Origin: Octopus bimaculoides
Taxonomy: Eukaryota
Reading direction: 5' to 3'
Length of the DNA stretch: 40,587 nt
NCBI RefSeq assembly: GCF_001194135.2
Contig: NC_068981.1
Span: 60,852,829 to 60,893,415 of the forward strand
Shown: positions 1 through 11,167 of the stretch, piece after piece
Layout of the letters: every line of letters begins with the position of its first letter
How positions within the stretch are numbered: position 1 is the first letter of the stretch
The notes under the pieces: generated by a model
Database searches by the model: none
What the model was told of the DNA's origin: nothing
What the model saw: only the letters and a program-made list of their open reading frames with translations
Made by a program: the position numbers and the translations under genes

Positions 1-78
1 TATGTATGTATGTATGTATGTATGTATGTTCGTATGTATGTATGTATGTATATATATATGTGTGTATGCATGTATGTA
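1..78. repeat. (TATG)n/(TA)n microsatellite
   Basis: Direct reading of tandem TATG and TA units. Confidence 0.95.
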
Positions 79-918
79 TTTAAACAAAAAATCAAATACC
101 TTGAGCCGAATCACCCTACAAGTAGCCCAGACAACAGGAATCCACTCACTAATATCACTAATACCAACCATACACCATGCACCTACACAAACTACACTGA
201 CAATAAGAACACTACAAATAACCCCAATAGGACTAGCAGCAATATGAACAACGCCAAGGCTCATACACTAACCACTAATAGCGAAAACTAACGACACCAC
301 TAATACCGACAAACTGATATTAAATAAGATTAACGATATTAGCAAAACTAATAACACAAAGTACGTAAATAAGCCCCTAAATAACATTAACTACAAAATT
401 AATAGTATAAACTTACACATCGGTACCGATAAAACTATAGTCACCCGACGAACTAATATGAACCCTGTTAATAGCAAGAAAACCAGGCCTTCTATCCCAC
501 ATGAACCCTACGATAATAACACCAATAGGACAGGTAAAAGTAACACGAAAGTGAAACCCAACTATGCATATAACCAAGATACATACAACCATAAATTTAC
601 ACGAATCATAATCATAGAGGTTAGCTACTATACTAGAAAAAACAACACAAAACAAATAAAATAGCGATAATATCTGGCTCGTAATCCCATACACGATGCA
701 CTTCAAATCAAACATAGTTCGCTCATTAATGAAAATCATAGATAAACACCTAAACGTTAACAATAAATACGAATAATTATTTAGGAATAAAATCAGAATA
801 GGCTACAGTCTGACTAATAACTTAGCCACAATAATAGCCTCAGTTAATAATAAAAAAAATTAGAGAAATTCTTTGAAACTAGAAAGATTGTGAATAATAG
901 AACTAAGCCCACCACTAG
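79..918 (+). mobile_element. Decayed Penelope-like element fragment: Thr/Asn-rich segment followed by the RT-to-GIY-YIG linker
   Basis: 666-860 translates DNIWLVIPYTMHFKSNIVRSLMKIIDKHLNVNNKYE*LFRNKIRIGYSLTNNLATIIASVNNKK. This matches the PLE linker pattern (IIWFNPP...IDKHF...NRNTVKVSYSC.N...I...N.K). 79-660 is T/N-rich with frameshifts. Confidence 0.7.
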
Positions 919-919
919 C

Positions 920-1367
920 GTGGAAAATCATAAAAGCTCGATTTGAATGAAAATCAAAAAAATGTGCAGATATGAACTTTGTTCGTCGCTTCTTCTCTGT
1001 AAACAGACCAATCCATTTCTCGACTGTATTGTAACTTGGGATGAAAAATGGATTCTGTACAATAATAAAAATCGTTCTTCGCAGTGGTTGGACAAAAATG
1101 AAGCATCGAAAATCTTCCCTAACCCCGAGCTCATCAAAAAGAAGGTTATGGCGACTGTTTGTTGTACTGCTGGACCCATCCACTACAAAATTTTAAAACC
1201 AGGAAGAACCATTACCTTAGAAACATATTGCCATGAAATTGCCAAAATGAATGAAAAACTGCTACTCCTCCATCCAAGACTTGTCAACAGAAGAGGGCCA
1301 ATCATACTTCATGACAATGCTTAACCGCACGTTTCACTAACGACGCTTTAGAAGTTGAGGGAAGTTG
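920..1367 (+). mobile_element. Mariner (Tc1/mariner, DD34D-type) transposase pseudogene fragment, cut off by the gap
   Basis: ORF 947-1324 contains FLDCIVTWDEKWILYNN, KKKVMATV and GPIILHDNA, i.e. the first two catalytic Asp motifs (TGDEKW, HDNA). An in-frame stop follows HDNA, then PHVS. Confidence 0.93.
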
Positions 1368-1488
1368 NNNNNNNNNNNNNNNNNNNNNNNNNNNNNNNNN
1401 NNNNNNNNNNNNNNNNNNNNNNNNNNNNNNNNNNNNNNNNNNNNNNNNNNNNNNNNNNNNNNNNNNNNNNNNNNNNNNNNNNNNNNNN
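1368..1488. other. Assembly gap (N run)
   Basis: N characters. Confidence 1.
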
Positions 1489-1639
1489 ATATATAATTGT
1501 ATTTCGGGATGGTCATTTGTTTTTTTTTGTTTTTTGCTTAAAAAACACATGAACTATATATTCGTTCTTCACGTGTTTATTGCTGTGAATATTTTAACTC
1601 GTGTCCATTGTCCGGAAATCTATAGAAAAACAGAATGAA

Positions 1640-2190
1640 TTAAGCGGAACAGGTGCATACGCAAGGACGGCGATTGTCGCTGTAGAGGTTACAAATGTGT
1701 GACAAAAGACTTCCAAATAAAGTATCACGAGAATTGAATCACCCAGAGTGTACTCACTAACATATAAACGACATGATTGATCTTGAGCATTGGGAATGCA
1801 TTCAAACATTGAATATTTATTGTCTCCGGTGCTGCCATATACGCTGCATCATTTGCACAATATGAAGAGTATGCCACCGACATTGACTGAAACACCTTAA
1901 AATTATACTCAGAATTCATCGGCAGCTGGGGCCACGTGCCATTCGCCCCCTACACAATTCTGCCACAAAACGCATAAATTCACTGCAACCCAATTCACTT
2001 TCCTCAGCAAACGCTGCACTGTTTAACATTAACCCAAAACAAATCAAAGAAATAGATCCCATCACTTTGGAACGAAACCTGGACAAGTTTCTACCAGGAA
2101 TATTAGATAAGCAATCTATACCCGGTTGTATCTCAGTCAAAAAAATCTCCCTACTTGAATGGGCCATGATAAAACAAAACCTGCCTTAAG
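1640..2190 (+). mobile_element. Decayed 3' end of ORF2 of a CR1-group LINE
   Basis: Frameshifted peptides ITRIES, HINDMIDLEHWECIQTLNIY and LFNINPKQIKEIDPITLERNLDKFLPGILDKQSIPG...SLLEW resemble the post-RT C-terminus of invertebrate CR1/L2-group LINEs. Confidence 0.65.
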
Positions 2191-2478
2191 AATGTCTCCT
2201 CAAACCCTCTCACATAGTAAAGTATGTTACGTAAGAAAGCGTAGCACGGTACCAGAATCTTCGTGATATTTTGAAATCATTTAATCTGAGCCTTTCCGAT
2301 GTTCGTAATATATAATAGGATACTATTATATTATTCCATTAATTACGTTTTGTTTAGTTAAAGCCATTTAGTTATTTTAAATTGCTCTTAATGATAGGGT
2401 TTACATAATGAATACATGCTTTATTACACAAACTTGTATTAATTGATTTATCACTATCTGGCTTCTCCTTATTACAAC

Positions 2479-2482
<4 letters not shown>

Positions 2483-2508
<26 letters not shown>
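2483..2508. repeat. (TA)n microsatellite
   Basis: Direct reading. Confidence 0.95.
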
Positions 2509-2512
<4 letters not shown>

Positions 2513-2894
2513 TGTGTAAGTATAGAACGGATAAGTGAGACAAGAGAACAGATGCTTATTCCTTTCGTTTACAATTGTTTCATAATCTTGTGAGTCGTAT
2601 AATAAATATTACATCAATGTTCACACGCACATAAAATATACGTATAAGTGTATATGTACATCCATTTATACAAGTGTTCTGTAGTACTTTACTAAAAAAC
2701 TAATCCTCGGGATGTTTCACGGTTTCATCAATTCTACTACAGAAAGAATCTGGCTCAATATATCACACACAATGCATTCATATATTAAGTGGATGTTCGT
2801 TTAAGTTTCTGAGCACACAGAATCAGAATATTAGAGTGTGTAGCACGCCTGTGCTTTCGAATTAAACGTTCAGTCCATCCCATGTGCTGGCATA

Positions 2895-3113
2895 TGGTTT
2901 CAAATTTTTGCACAAGGCTAGCGATTCGGGGAGCGGTTAAGTTGCTTACAAAGACCGCAGTTTTGAAATGGTACTTAGTTTATCCACCTCGAAAGGACGA
3001 AAAGCACAATCGACCTCGGAACGTGAAGGCGTTCAATTCGGAAAGTTAAGACAGAGGAAATGCCGCTGCGCATTTTGCCCCGCAGGCTAATGATCATGGC
3101 AGCTCGCCGTCTT
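2895..3113 (-). mobile_element. tRNA-derived SINE, family A in this window (diverged copy)
   Basis: Aligns by eye with 8600-8805 and 22153-22368. The minus-strand head is AAGACGGCGAGCTGCC; shared body includes GACCTCGG and TTTATC..C...GAAAGGA. Confidence 0.75.
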
Positions 3114-4037
3114 GTACCTACATGTAATATCCGCGAGACGAATAAACTACACCACATAGTAAAGCAGACGAATCCGGGAAACAATAGACTGCTCAAAATT
3201 GAATTCAAATGAGTCCTTTCAAGAACACAAAATATTTCAAGGTACGAGTATCGAAACAATGAGCTTGTGATGGTGAGTGAAACGCCCTGATCATTAGACT
3301 GGTTTAGTGTTGTTTCTGCTTTACTCTAAAAGCCAACTACTCGCTAATTTTTGTTCACTTTACATCGAGGTTTCATTCCCATTCCCTCTTTGAAGTTATG
3401 TACTACATAAAGTTATTTCCCTGTTCATATTTTTTCAGTTAATCCTTTCAGCATCTTTCTAGTTTCCACTCATATCTGTTTGTGTATTTATCTAAATGTA
3501 TTAAATCCATTAACTAGATTATGTGATAATATCTTAATTCGTTAGCATTTACATTTAATTTCTGATGTAGACCTTAAGTGCACCGAATATTCCTCACAGT
3601 GTGATGAAAAACAAATCTGAGAAGTGTCTGCTAACATTTATAGCCAGTAATTTGTAAATAATTCCTCGCTTTTAATTTTACACACTCGTTAATTTGACAT
3701 ATTCATAATGCAGATAATCAAATAATCATGAGTTACTAATACCCATCGTTTCAATTAATGAGTGCAGACTCGTACATACACTTATATTCATATAGAACGC
3801 TATACTTTGAAAATAACTTCATTCAAAAACTTGCTAATAGGTAATCAATATATAATTAAAATCTTTCATCAACACGCCTCCCCAAAAACGTTTGTATGAA
3901 TGGTTGCATGTGTGTATGAGAACATTAACAAAATTAAATATATTTGAAGTCATATGTGTGTATGAGTGCCTGCGCCCGCGCATTTGTGTGTACGTGTTTG
4001 TGTGAATGTGCGCCTATGTGTCTGTGTTGGGTATAAT

Positions 4038-4106
4038 GCACACACACACACACATACACACACATATATATGCACACACACATATACACGCACACACACA
4101 CACACT
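4038..4106. repeat. (CA)n/(TA)n compound microsatellite
   Basis: Direct reading. Confidence 0.9.
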
Positions 4107-4264
4107 CATTAAAGAGGACAACAAACGTTAATGCAAGGCAAACATCTTAAGTCATCTACATTAATATTTTTCTACAAACTTGTTGCCAACATATTCCATG
4201 TACCTAGTCGTTTAGATCATCTGTGAACTAAACCCCCATATTTTGTATAAATTGCCACGCAGAG

Positions 4265-4480
4265 AACTCAATTTTGGTACTGCTCACTATGGGCATTCCT
4301 CGGCATCTTACTCGAGGATATACTCCTATTAATTAGCAAAGCAAATGATCTTATCCGAAGAATGAGATGGAAGGCCTTCATCAACACCCTTCTGATTTCC
4401 CCTATTTGTCTCCGATGATGGAATATCCCATACTCTGAGATATCCCAGAAACAGCTGTAAGACTTTGAATTTTCTTCCAA
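4265..4480 (+). mobile_element. Penelope-like element fragment from the N-terminal part of the ORF
   Basis: Translates LNFG...LLLISKANDLIRRMRWKAFIN...QL*DFE, matching the PLE N-terminal motif (LIEK.E.FI.RMRWKAFF...EL..FE). Confidence 0.65.
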
Positions 4481-6559
4481 TAATATTAATAATAACGTAT
4501 ATGACTTGAGATGTGCCTTGCCTTAACGCTTGTTGACCATTTTAACAATTATATATCCGCTATATCAGAAATCTGCAATGGCTCCATAATTACTGGCTCC
4601 CTAGTAATCTATTACAGTACTTACCTAGCGTACCTTGTTTAAACCCCCTGTGAACTAAGCCCCAATATTTTGTGTATATGTATAGAGAAAAATATAAACG
4701 CAGTTACAAACACACGCATATATTAATGTACATTAGGGTCAGTCCATTTTTGTATTGCTATGTCTTTTCACGTAAGCTCCACTGCCTAGAATACATTAGA
4801 ATTAAGAAGCCTATGGAACAGTTTATCCGTTTCTATTCCATTCCAAAATGTGGTCCTATCTCTTGTCCCATCATAATTTTTTGATTTTCTTTTTATCAGA
4901 TTCCATTCCTATAGAAACTCCTGTTTTTCTTACATACTTGTGGATGTTGATTCACATATTTTGTGAGTGACCAGTAGCCCTTAGTTGCCAGGTTTACGTC
5001 ATTCTAGGTTATCTATTAGATCTAATAAATCATATTGTTAAAGTTATTATCTTAGGAATAATGTAAGTTGCTTCGAGTTCAATTGTACCATAACGACTTA
5101 GATGATGACACAAATCGGCCATGAAATCCGGTCCTAACAACCAAAACTCGGACTGTAAAAACCAAACATTTTGTCTGATCACACTAGCATTTCTGTCGAA
5201 TCCCAACTATTAAAAGCCTATTATGGACGCTAATGTATTAACTATTTATTTGACCTAAAGATCTCAATTGTGATCGTATTTTATGTTAATATTATTTCAT
5301 AGTCAGTTTATTTTAAAAACTATAATTCGCATATATAAGATTATTTTCATTAATGCACTGACGTAATATATTTCGCATGAAATATATTTCTGATTACGAA
5401 TATTATAGATTTCTGTTACTATTTATTTTAGTTTCACTGAATACTTAATAATCCTCTTATTCAAAATTGCTGAATATTTACAATTCTGGAAAACGCTTTT
5501 CTGCTTTGCTTCTGAAAGTATTTAGAAAGAAACAATATTGTAAATACTTATTTTCTCTGTCTCCAATGTTAGTGTGATCAATAACCAGAAAACATTTGCA
5601 AAACTAGCGTTAAGTGCAAATGGTGACTTTAACAATAAGAAACATATTCATTGAATTACTATATAAAAACTTTAGGAAATTTCTTATGGTTTTAGTGAGT
5701 TTTGAAGTATTATATGCGCCATCAACAGCGGCGTATGTTTTCGTCGATAAATCATAGGACACTCAGTTAAGAGACTGGTGTTTCGTAAATTATCACAGTT
5801 GATGTGTTGTACCTATGTTCAAAAACTATAAATCAAATCACCCTACCCTACCTAAGTGTATATAAAAAAAATCAATTGTAATTATCTGGAATAATAATTT
5901 GACAGATGCCTTGTTAGCTGACATTACTAAAAATAAAAATTCCACCTCCAAATATTACCATCACTTGCTAATGATTTTGAAAATTAAAAATCAATATTAC
6001 CATCAATTGGTACACATTAAGTCATATTTCTACTTCATGTTGGAGGCCAGAATTTTATAGGAAAATAACAACATTTGTATAGCATTCATGTCCTTTATAG
6101 AGGATTTGCTGGTTCAGGTTAAATGAATTGGCTTCGAGTGAATGACTGTTTAATTACTAATTTTATAGCGGATCCACATGCTGTAAAATGATTAGATTTG
6201 GCTTATTGAATTTGCTTTTTTCTTCTATACATTTGAGACTTCTCTTTGGGTAAAAATACACTGTGCTGGTTTTCGTTTATTTGCCAATATGAAAATTTGA
6301 AACTGGTACTTCAAGCAAATAAAATACTTGCTTTTTAGGTTGCACTCACACCGACTGTAAGCACATATATCAGTGTGGCATATATTTAGAGTTTAGTGAA
6401 TTAAAGTCATTGGGCATAGACTTGATCGAATGTACCTGAATTTGTATGGTCATAGAAATTAAGTATGTATATATGTATGTCTTTTTCTCTCTTTAATTTA
6501 GAGTAAACGTTTGACCGGCCACCGACCTGGTAGCAAGATTGTGAAGGAAAGTATCTTGA

Positions 6560-7060
6560 TTTAACGGTTATCCTTTAAATCTAGTCGCAGATATCGTGAT
6601 AATTTATACCAAAATTTTAAGTTTAGTCATATTTTCCTCCAGGTAGGTTGAAATATCCTATTGCACCAATAATAATGTGCTTGAAACTGAAAGTGCACAT
6701 TGGATACTGAATTTGCAAACTCCTTACCAATGGGCCATAGATGTCCTCATTCTCTTGAATTTTTCACCAATTTCTAACCACATTTCTGTCAGGAGGCAGC
6801 TGAATTCCACAAGAGAGCATACCATTTCTTTGTAGACCCACACATCGTTATCTCGCCTGTTATATTTTAGCTTGGTGGCTGTTTTAATTTTGAAGTTCCA
6901 CTAGTATTTTTCGACCCTTCAGTTTCAATAACGTCAGTTTCGCTTGTAAGTATATCTTTTTTGTTATACTGTTCCAGACCATTCTACCCACTGTATCGTG
7001 CCTCATGCTAAGCTAATTTCTGGAAGACCTTCTCTCACAGGTGCTGTGATATTTTTATAG
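6560..7060 (-). mobile_element. 3' fragment of an RLE-bearing (R2-group, R4/NeSL-like) non-LTR retrotransposon
   Basis: Minus-strand translation gives MRHDTVGRMVWNSI, WNFKIKTATKLKYNRRD, SLVEFSC, EDIYGPLVRSLQIQYP and HIIIGAIGY. These are degraded RHD, (HN)RPD, E and GALG motifs of the RLE domain. Confidence 0.75.
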
Positions 7061-7350
7061 AAGCCACCATAAGAACATTACTACTACTGCGACCAGAATA
7101 ATGTCAAATCCCACCGACTCCATCTTGAAAATATGTTGGTTGCTGTAAAAAATACGTCACAGCAAACAACAGTCGGAGAGTTGCTTGCACCAGCAGATGG
7201 AGAGTTGCTGCTACTGCCGACGACAGACCTGTGTGTCTGAATTATATCAGTTATTGCAACACGTTTTCATGTTTCTTTATTTTCCTTTTCTTTTCCCACT
7301 TCTGTATTCCAACGCTTTAAATGAGCTATAAAGCTCTTATGAGCGGTGCG

Positions 7351-7376
7351 TATATATATATATATATATATATATA
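7351..7376. repeat. (TA)n microsatellite running into the gap
   Basis: Direct reading. Confidence 0.95.
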
Positions 7377-7638
7377 NNNNNNNNNNNNNNNNNNNNNNNN
7401 NNNNNNNNNNNNNNNNNNNNNNNNNNNNNNNNNNNNNNNNNNNNNNNNNNNNNNNNNNNNNNNNNNNNNNNNNNNNNNNNNNNNNNNNNNNNNNNNNNNN
7501 NNNNNNNNNNNNNNNNNNNNNNNNNNNNNNNNNNNNNNNNNNNNNNNNNNNNNNNNNNNNNNNNNNNNNNNNNNNNNNNNNNNNNNNNNNNNNNNNNNNN
7601 NNNNNNNNNNNNNNNNNNNNNNNNNNNNNNNNNNNNNN
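7377..7638. other. Assembly gap (N run)
   Basis: N characters. Confidence 1.
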
Positions 7639-8599
7639 TATATATATATATATTTATATATATACACATATACATAATGTATATGTATAGGGAAAATGGT
7701 TGCTATATTCCTATCCCTAGCTAACCACTACTGACCTGATAGCTACATACATAGAGAGACACAGAATGTACTAAATGTAGTTTAACGGAACTTAGTGCTT
7801 ATTTCTATCAGAATAGATGAACATACGTATATGGAAAAGTATTCAGCATTTTGTTCGCACAATGTCAAGTATCAAGAAGTACAATTGAAATCTACTAGTC
7901 ATAACGCATCAGCATTATAGTCGGTGTTCTTACTGCTGGTAATGTTGCTGTTATCGATGTCGGTGATGTCATCTTCGTTGTGGCTGCAGCAAGTGTCGTT
8001 GTCACTTAACCACAAATCAGTCTTGTTCTAGATAACCTATAATTAAAATGTGCTCCACCTTTAACATAAAGTTTATTCCTATATCAGACCTTGTGTTGCA
8101 CCGTCTAAAATATTCGAAATTATTCGAAGTCGTAGAGTTTGATTTTAAGAAAATTTGGCTGTTATTTCTAGCCGGTAAAAACGACCGATGAGATACTCTC
8201 TTGTTTTACTGATGCTTTTTCAGTCTGAAGGTCAGTTCTGAGTAAGCAAGCTTATCCTTATCGTCATTAAAAGAAATAAATGGTCTGTTGCAAAAGATCT
8301 GGCAAAACGTCTTGGCAAGACAAGTAAAATATTTCTTGTATACATAAATGATTTCGTTTCCTCTTTCTGTCTATTCGGCTATATCTCTCTATCTCTCTGA
8401 TTATCTTTATGGACAAATTTCCCTCCTCATCACAATCGCTAAGTTATCTTCCGATGTGTCAATCATTCTCTGTTTCTTCTCTCTAATTTATTTCTCTCGC
8501 GTGTTCCCTTCTAGATTTTGTGTCATGTGGAATATTGTTAGAAAACGTGGTAAGAGTCTTTAGATAGAGGAGAAGAAGAAATTCAAATATTCTTTTCTA

Positions 8600-8805
8600 C
8601 TCTAAGCATAAGGCTCGAAATTTTGGGGGAGGGATCCAGTCGATTAGATAGACCCCAGTACGCAAATAATACTTAATTTATCGACACTGATAGGATGACA
8701 GGCAAAGTCGACCTCGGCGGAATTTGAACTCAGAACGTAAAGACAGACGAAATACCGCTAAGTATTTCGCCCGGCATGCTAACGTTTCTGCCAGCTCGCC
8801 GTCTT
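8600..8805 (-). mobile_element. tRNA-derived SINE, family A (best-preserved copy)
   Basis: Minus strand reads AAGACGGCGAGCTGGCAGAAACGTTAGC (A-box-like) and GAGTTCAAATTCC (B-box). Homologous copies occur elsewhere in the window. Confidence 0.88.
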
Positions 8806-10070
8806 GGGAAATTCAAATGTTTAAACATTAAAAATATGGTTGTGAGACGATGGAAAAATTATGGTTTTCAGAGATATTTTTTAAGTATCACAAGAAAACG
8901 AGGACACCGACACTTAGACAAATCATGTGTATGTCAATATGTATGGTTACACACAAACACATGCGCGTGCATATATTTACATATTCCATATGCTAACTTA
9001 CTCACACAGTCACACTGAAACACACACATGTATATATAACATAAATAGTTAGCTTTATAGCAGTTTTGTTTCCGATATACGTTGCTTTCTTCTAAACCTA
9101 TCCAACAAAACTCCAGTGTTACTTGCAAGTTGTCGTTCATTTTCAAAACTTTCGCATACTAGTTCCATTTATTCTACAATGAATTATAGTGAGATCTTAG
9201 AACTATTTACGATAAATTGTATTGTCTAAATCAGATATGGGAAAAAGATTGTTTTCTAAAATAAAAAAAAGGAAAAAAAATATTATTTATATATATATTC
9301 AAGAAATAAATATATTAGAAAAACATTAAGAGATCGGGCACATATTTCTATATTGTATATCTACGTTTTTCAAATAAATATATTTTTTCCCTCATAATAT
9401 TTTTTTCTCCACAGCGAGGTTATGTGCTTACACTTAATTCAATGTAACCATCAGCTATAAATGCGTCATATCACATATAGAGTGATGAATTGGCAGATTC
9501 ATTAGAGTGCCAGACACAATGCTTCGCAGTATTAATTTCGAAACTCTGCGCTCATCAAATGTCAACATTGTCAATTATCGTTTCAGTTTCGATAGAAAGT
9601 ACTAAACCAGAGATGTGCATCAGCGACGCTTTAAAGAGTTCAAAATCGGAGTTTTCTGTTATTTGTTCTAGTTCTTTGATTTCAAATCATTTTACGGTTA
9701 ACTAAAAAGCTGCACTTAAACTATTACCCATTTGAAGACCACCATCAGTCATCTGGAGTGCTTTTAGCAGAGACCAGTCTTTCGCAGGCTGCTAGGCCAG
9801 GCTTTTGCGTTGAGAATACTTTCTTCCATTCCCCCGTACAGTCTATTTACATATTAATGACATGTACGTGGTATTTCGTTATGCAAACATAATATTCTAT
9901 AAATTATATTAAACCTTTTCATAAGTCAACACACCACGTTCTACTGCGTTAGCAGCTAACTTTTCTACATTATTTATTAAGGTTATCTCTGTACATAATC
10001 TATAGAAACTATAGCCAACACTGAATTTTGCTACCAAGTTTCGTATCGAGACGTCAGATGCAAATGAGGT

Positions 10071-10124
10071 GATGGGCGTATATGACATATTTCGTGCGGT
10101 TTTGCCCCTTCATCAGCACCCATC
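10071..10124 (-). ncRNA. Type I hammerhead ribozyme motif (minimal, PLE/retrozyme-like)
   Basis: Minus strand reads GAUGGGUG-CUGAUGA-A-GGGGCAAAACCGCAC-GAAA-UAUG-U-CAUA-UA-CGCCCAUC. It has an 8-bp helix I, intact CUGAUGA and GAAA, a 5-bp helix III with a 1-nt loop, and an AUA cleavage triplet. Helix II is imperfect. Confidence 0.75.
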
Positions 10125-10199
10125 TAACCCATTAATCATTCTCAAATATATTGCTTAAATATCCACTATATCTAGTGGTGTGTAGCAACTGGATACACC

Positions 10200-10504
10200 C
10201 ATTTACATATTAAACGCATTCCTGGAACTGGAATACACTGATTGCCTGTTTTTCATATTCGATCACATTGTTTATATCTGACGTCTCAATAAGAAACATC
10301 GTAGCAAAACAGTGCCGGCTGTAGTTTCTCTCGATTATCTATAGAGATAAACTTAATAAATAATGTACAAAAGTGCACTTATCACAACGTTTAATATATT
10401 TATATATACTTATAGTATATTATGTTTGCATAAAGAAATACCACGTACCTACAAGTCATTAATATTAACGTACTAGTTCCAGGAATGCGTTTTAAATGCA
10501 AATT
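10200..10504. repeat. Imperfect inverted repeat pair (about 35-bp arms), MITE-like
   Basis: AAACGCATTCCTGGAACT at 10212-10229 is the exact reverse complement of AGTTCCAGGAATGCGTTT at 10475-10492. Similarity extends to about 10200-10236 and 10470-10504. Confidence 0.65.
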
Positions 10505-10717
10505 GGCGCTACTCAGTTAATAGTGTTAACTAGTTTGGTTAAAGCTACGGTCCAGAGTTGCCTCTCTTTGGTACTTCCCATTGATAATTGCTAAAGATCT
10601 AGAAACGCGACTGGGAATCCATAAGAGAAAATTTTACTCCTCGGTAATTGCACAGAATTTGTCTTTAGACGTTGAAATATGTCACAAACATATTTTAACT
10701 AACTAACCTAAATTTGC

Positions 10718-10896
10718 NNNNNNNNNNNNNNNNNNNNNNNNNNNNNNNNNNNNNNNNNNNNNNNNNNNNNNNNNNNNNNNNNNNNNNNNNNNNNNNNNNN
10801 NNNNNNNNNNNNNNNNNNNNNNNNNNNNNNNNNNNNNNNNNNNNNNNNNNNNNNNNNNNNNNNNNNNNNNNNNNNNNNNNNNNNNNNNNNNNNNNN
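10718..10896. other. Assembly gap (N run)
   Basis: N characters. Confidence 1.
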
Positions 10897-10971
10897 GTGT
10901 GTGTGTGTATGCGTGTGTGTGTGTCTGTATGTGTGTGTGTATATATGTGTTTGTGTGTTTGTGTGTGTGTG
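10897..10971. repeat. (GT)n imperfect microsatellite
   Basis: Direct reading. Confidence 0.9.
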
Positions 10972-11120
10972 TAAGATATGAGGAGTTTTCGTCTGGGTGA
11001 CTCAAACTAATAGGTATGCGTTCTGAGTGCTTAAATTGGTATACCACTAAAATTCTACTTTGAACTGCAGTTGATGATGTGAATCTGTACTACCCATTTA
11101 TCTATAACCATTTATCTATG

Positions 11121-11126
<6 letters not shown>

Positions 11127-11164
<38 letters not shown>
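11127..11164. repeat. (CA)n microsatellite
   Basis: Direct reading. Confidence 0.95.

Positions 11165-11167
<3 letters not shown>

Noticed and set aside
7321-7690. ORF-track ORFs spanning N runs or microsatellites (also 11874-12775, 22527-23240, 25706-26676, 35732-36022)
   Set aside because: Open only because of Ns or dinucleotide repeats (YI, HT, CV runs); not genes.
9490-9705. Protein-like stretch on either strand
   Set aside because: No recognisable motif, stops in the best minus frame, no clear splice context.
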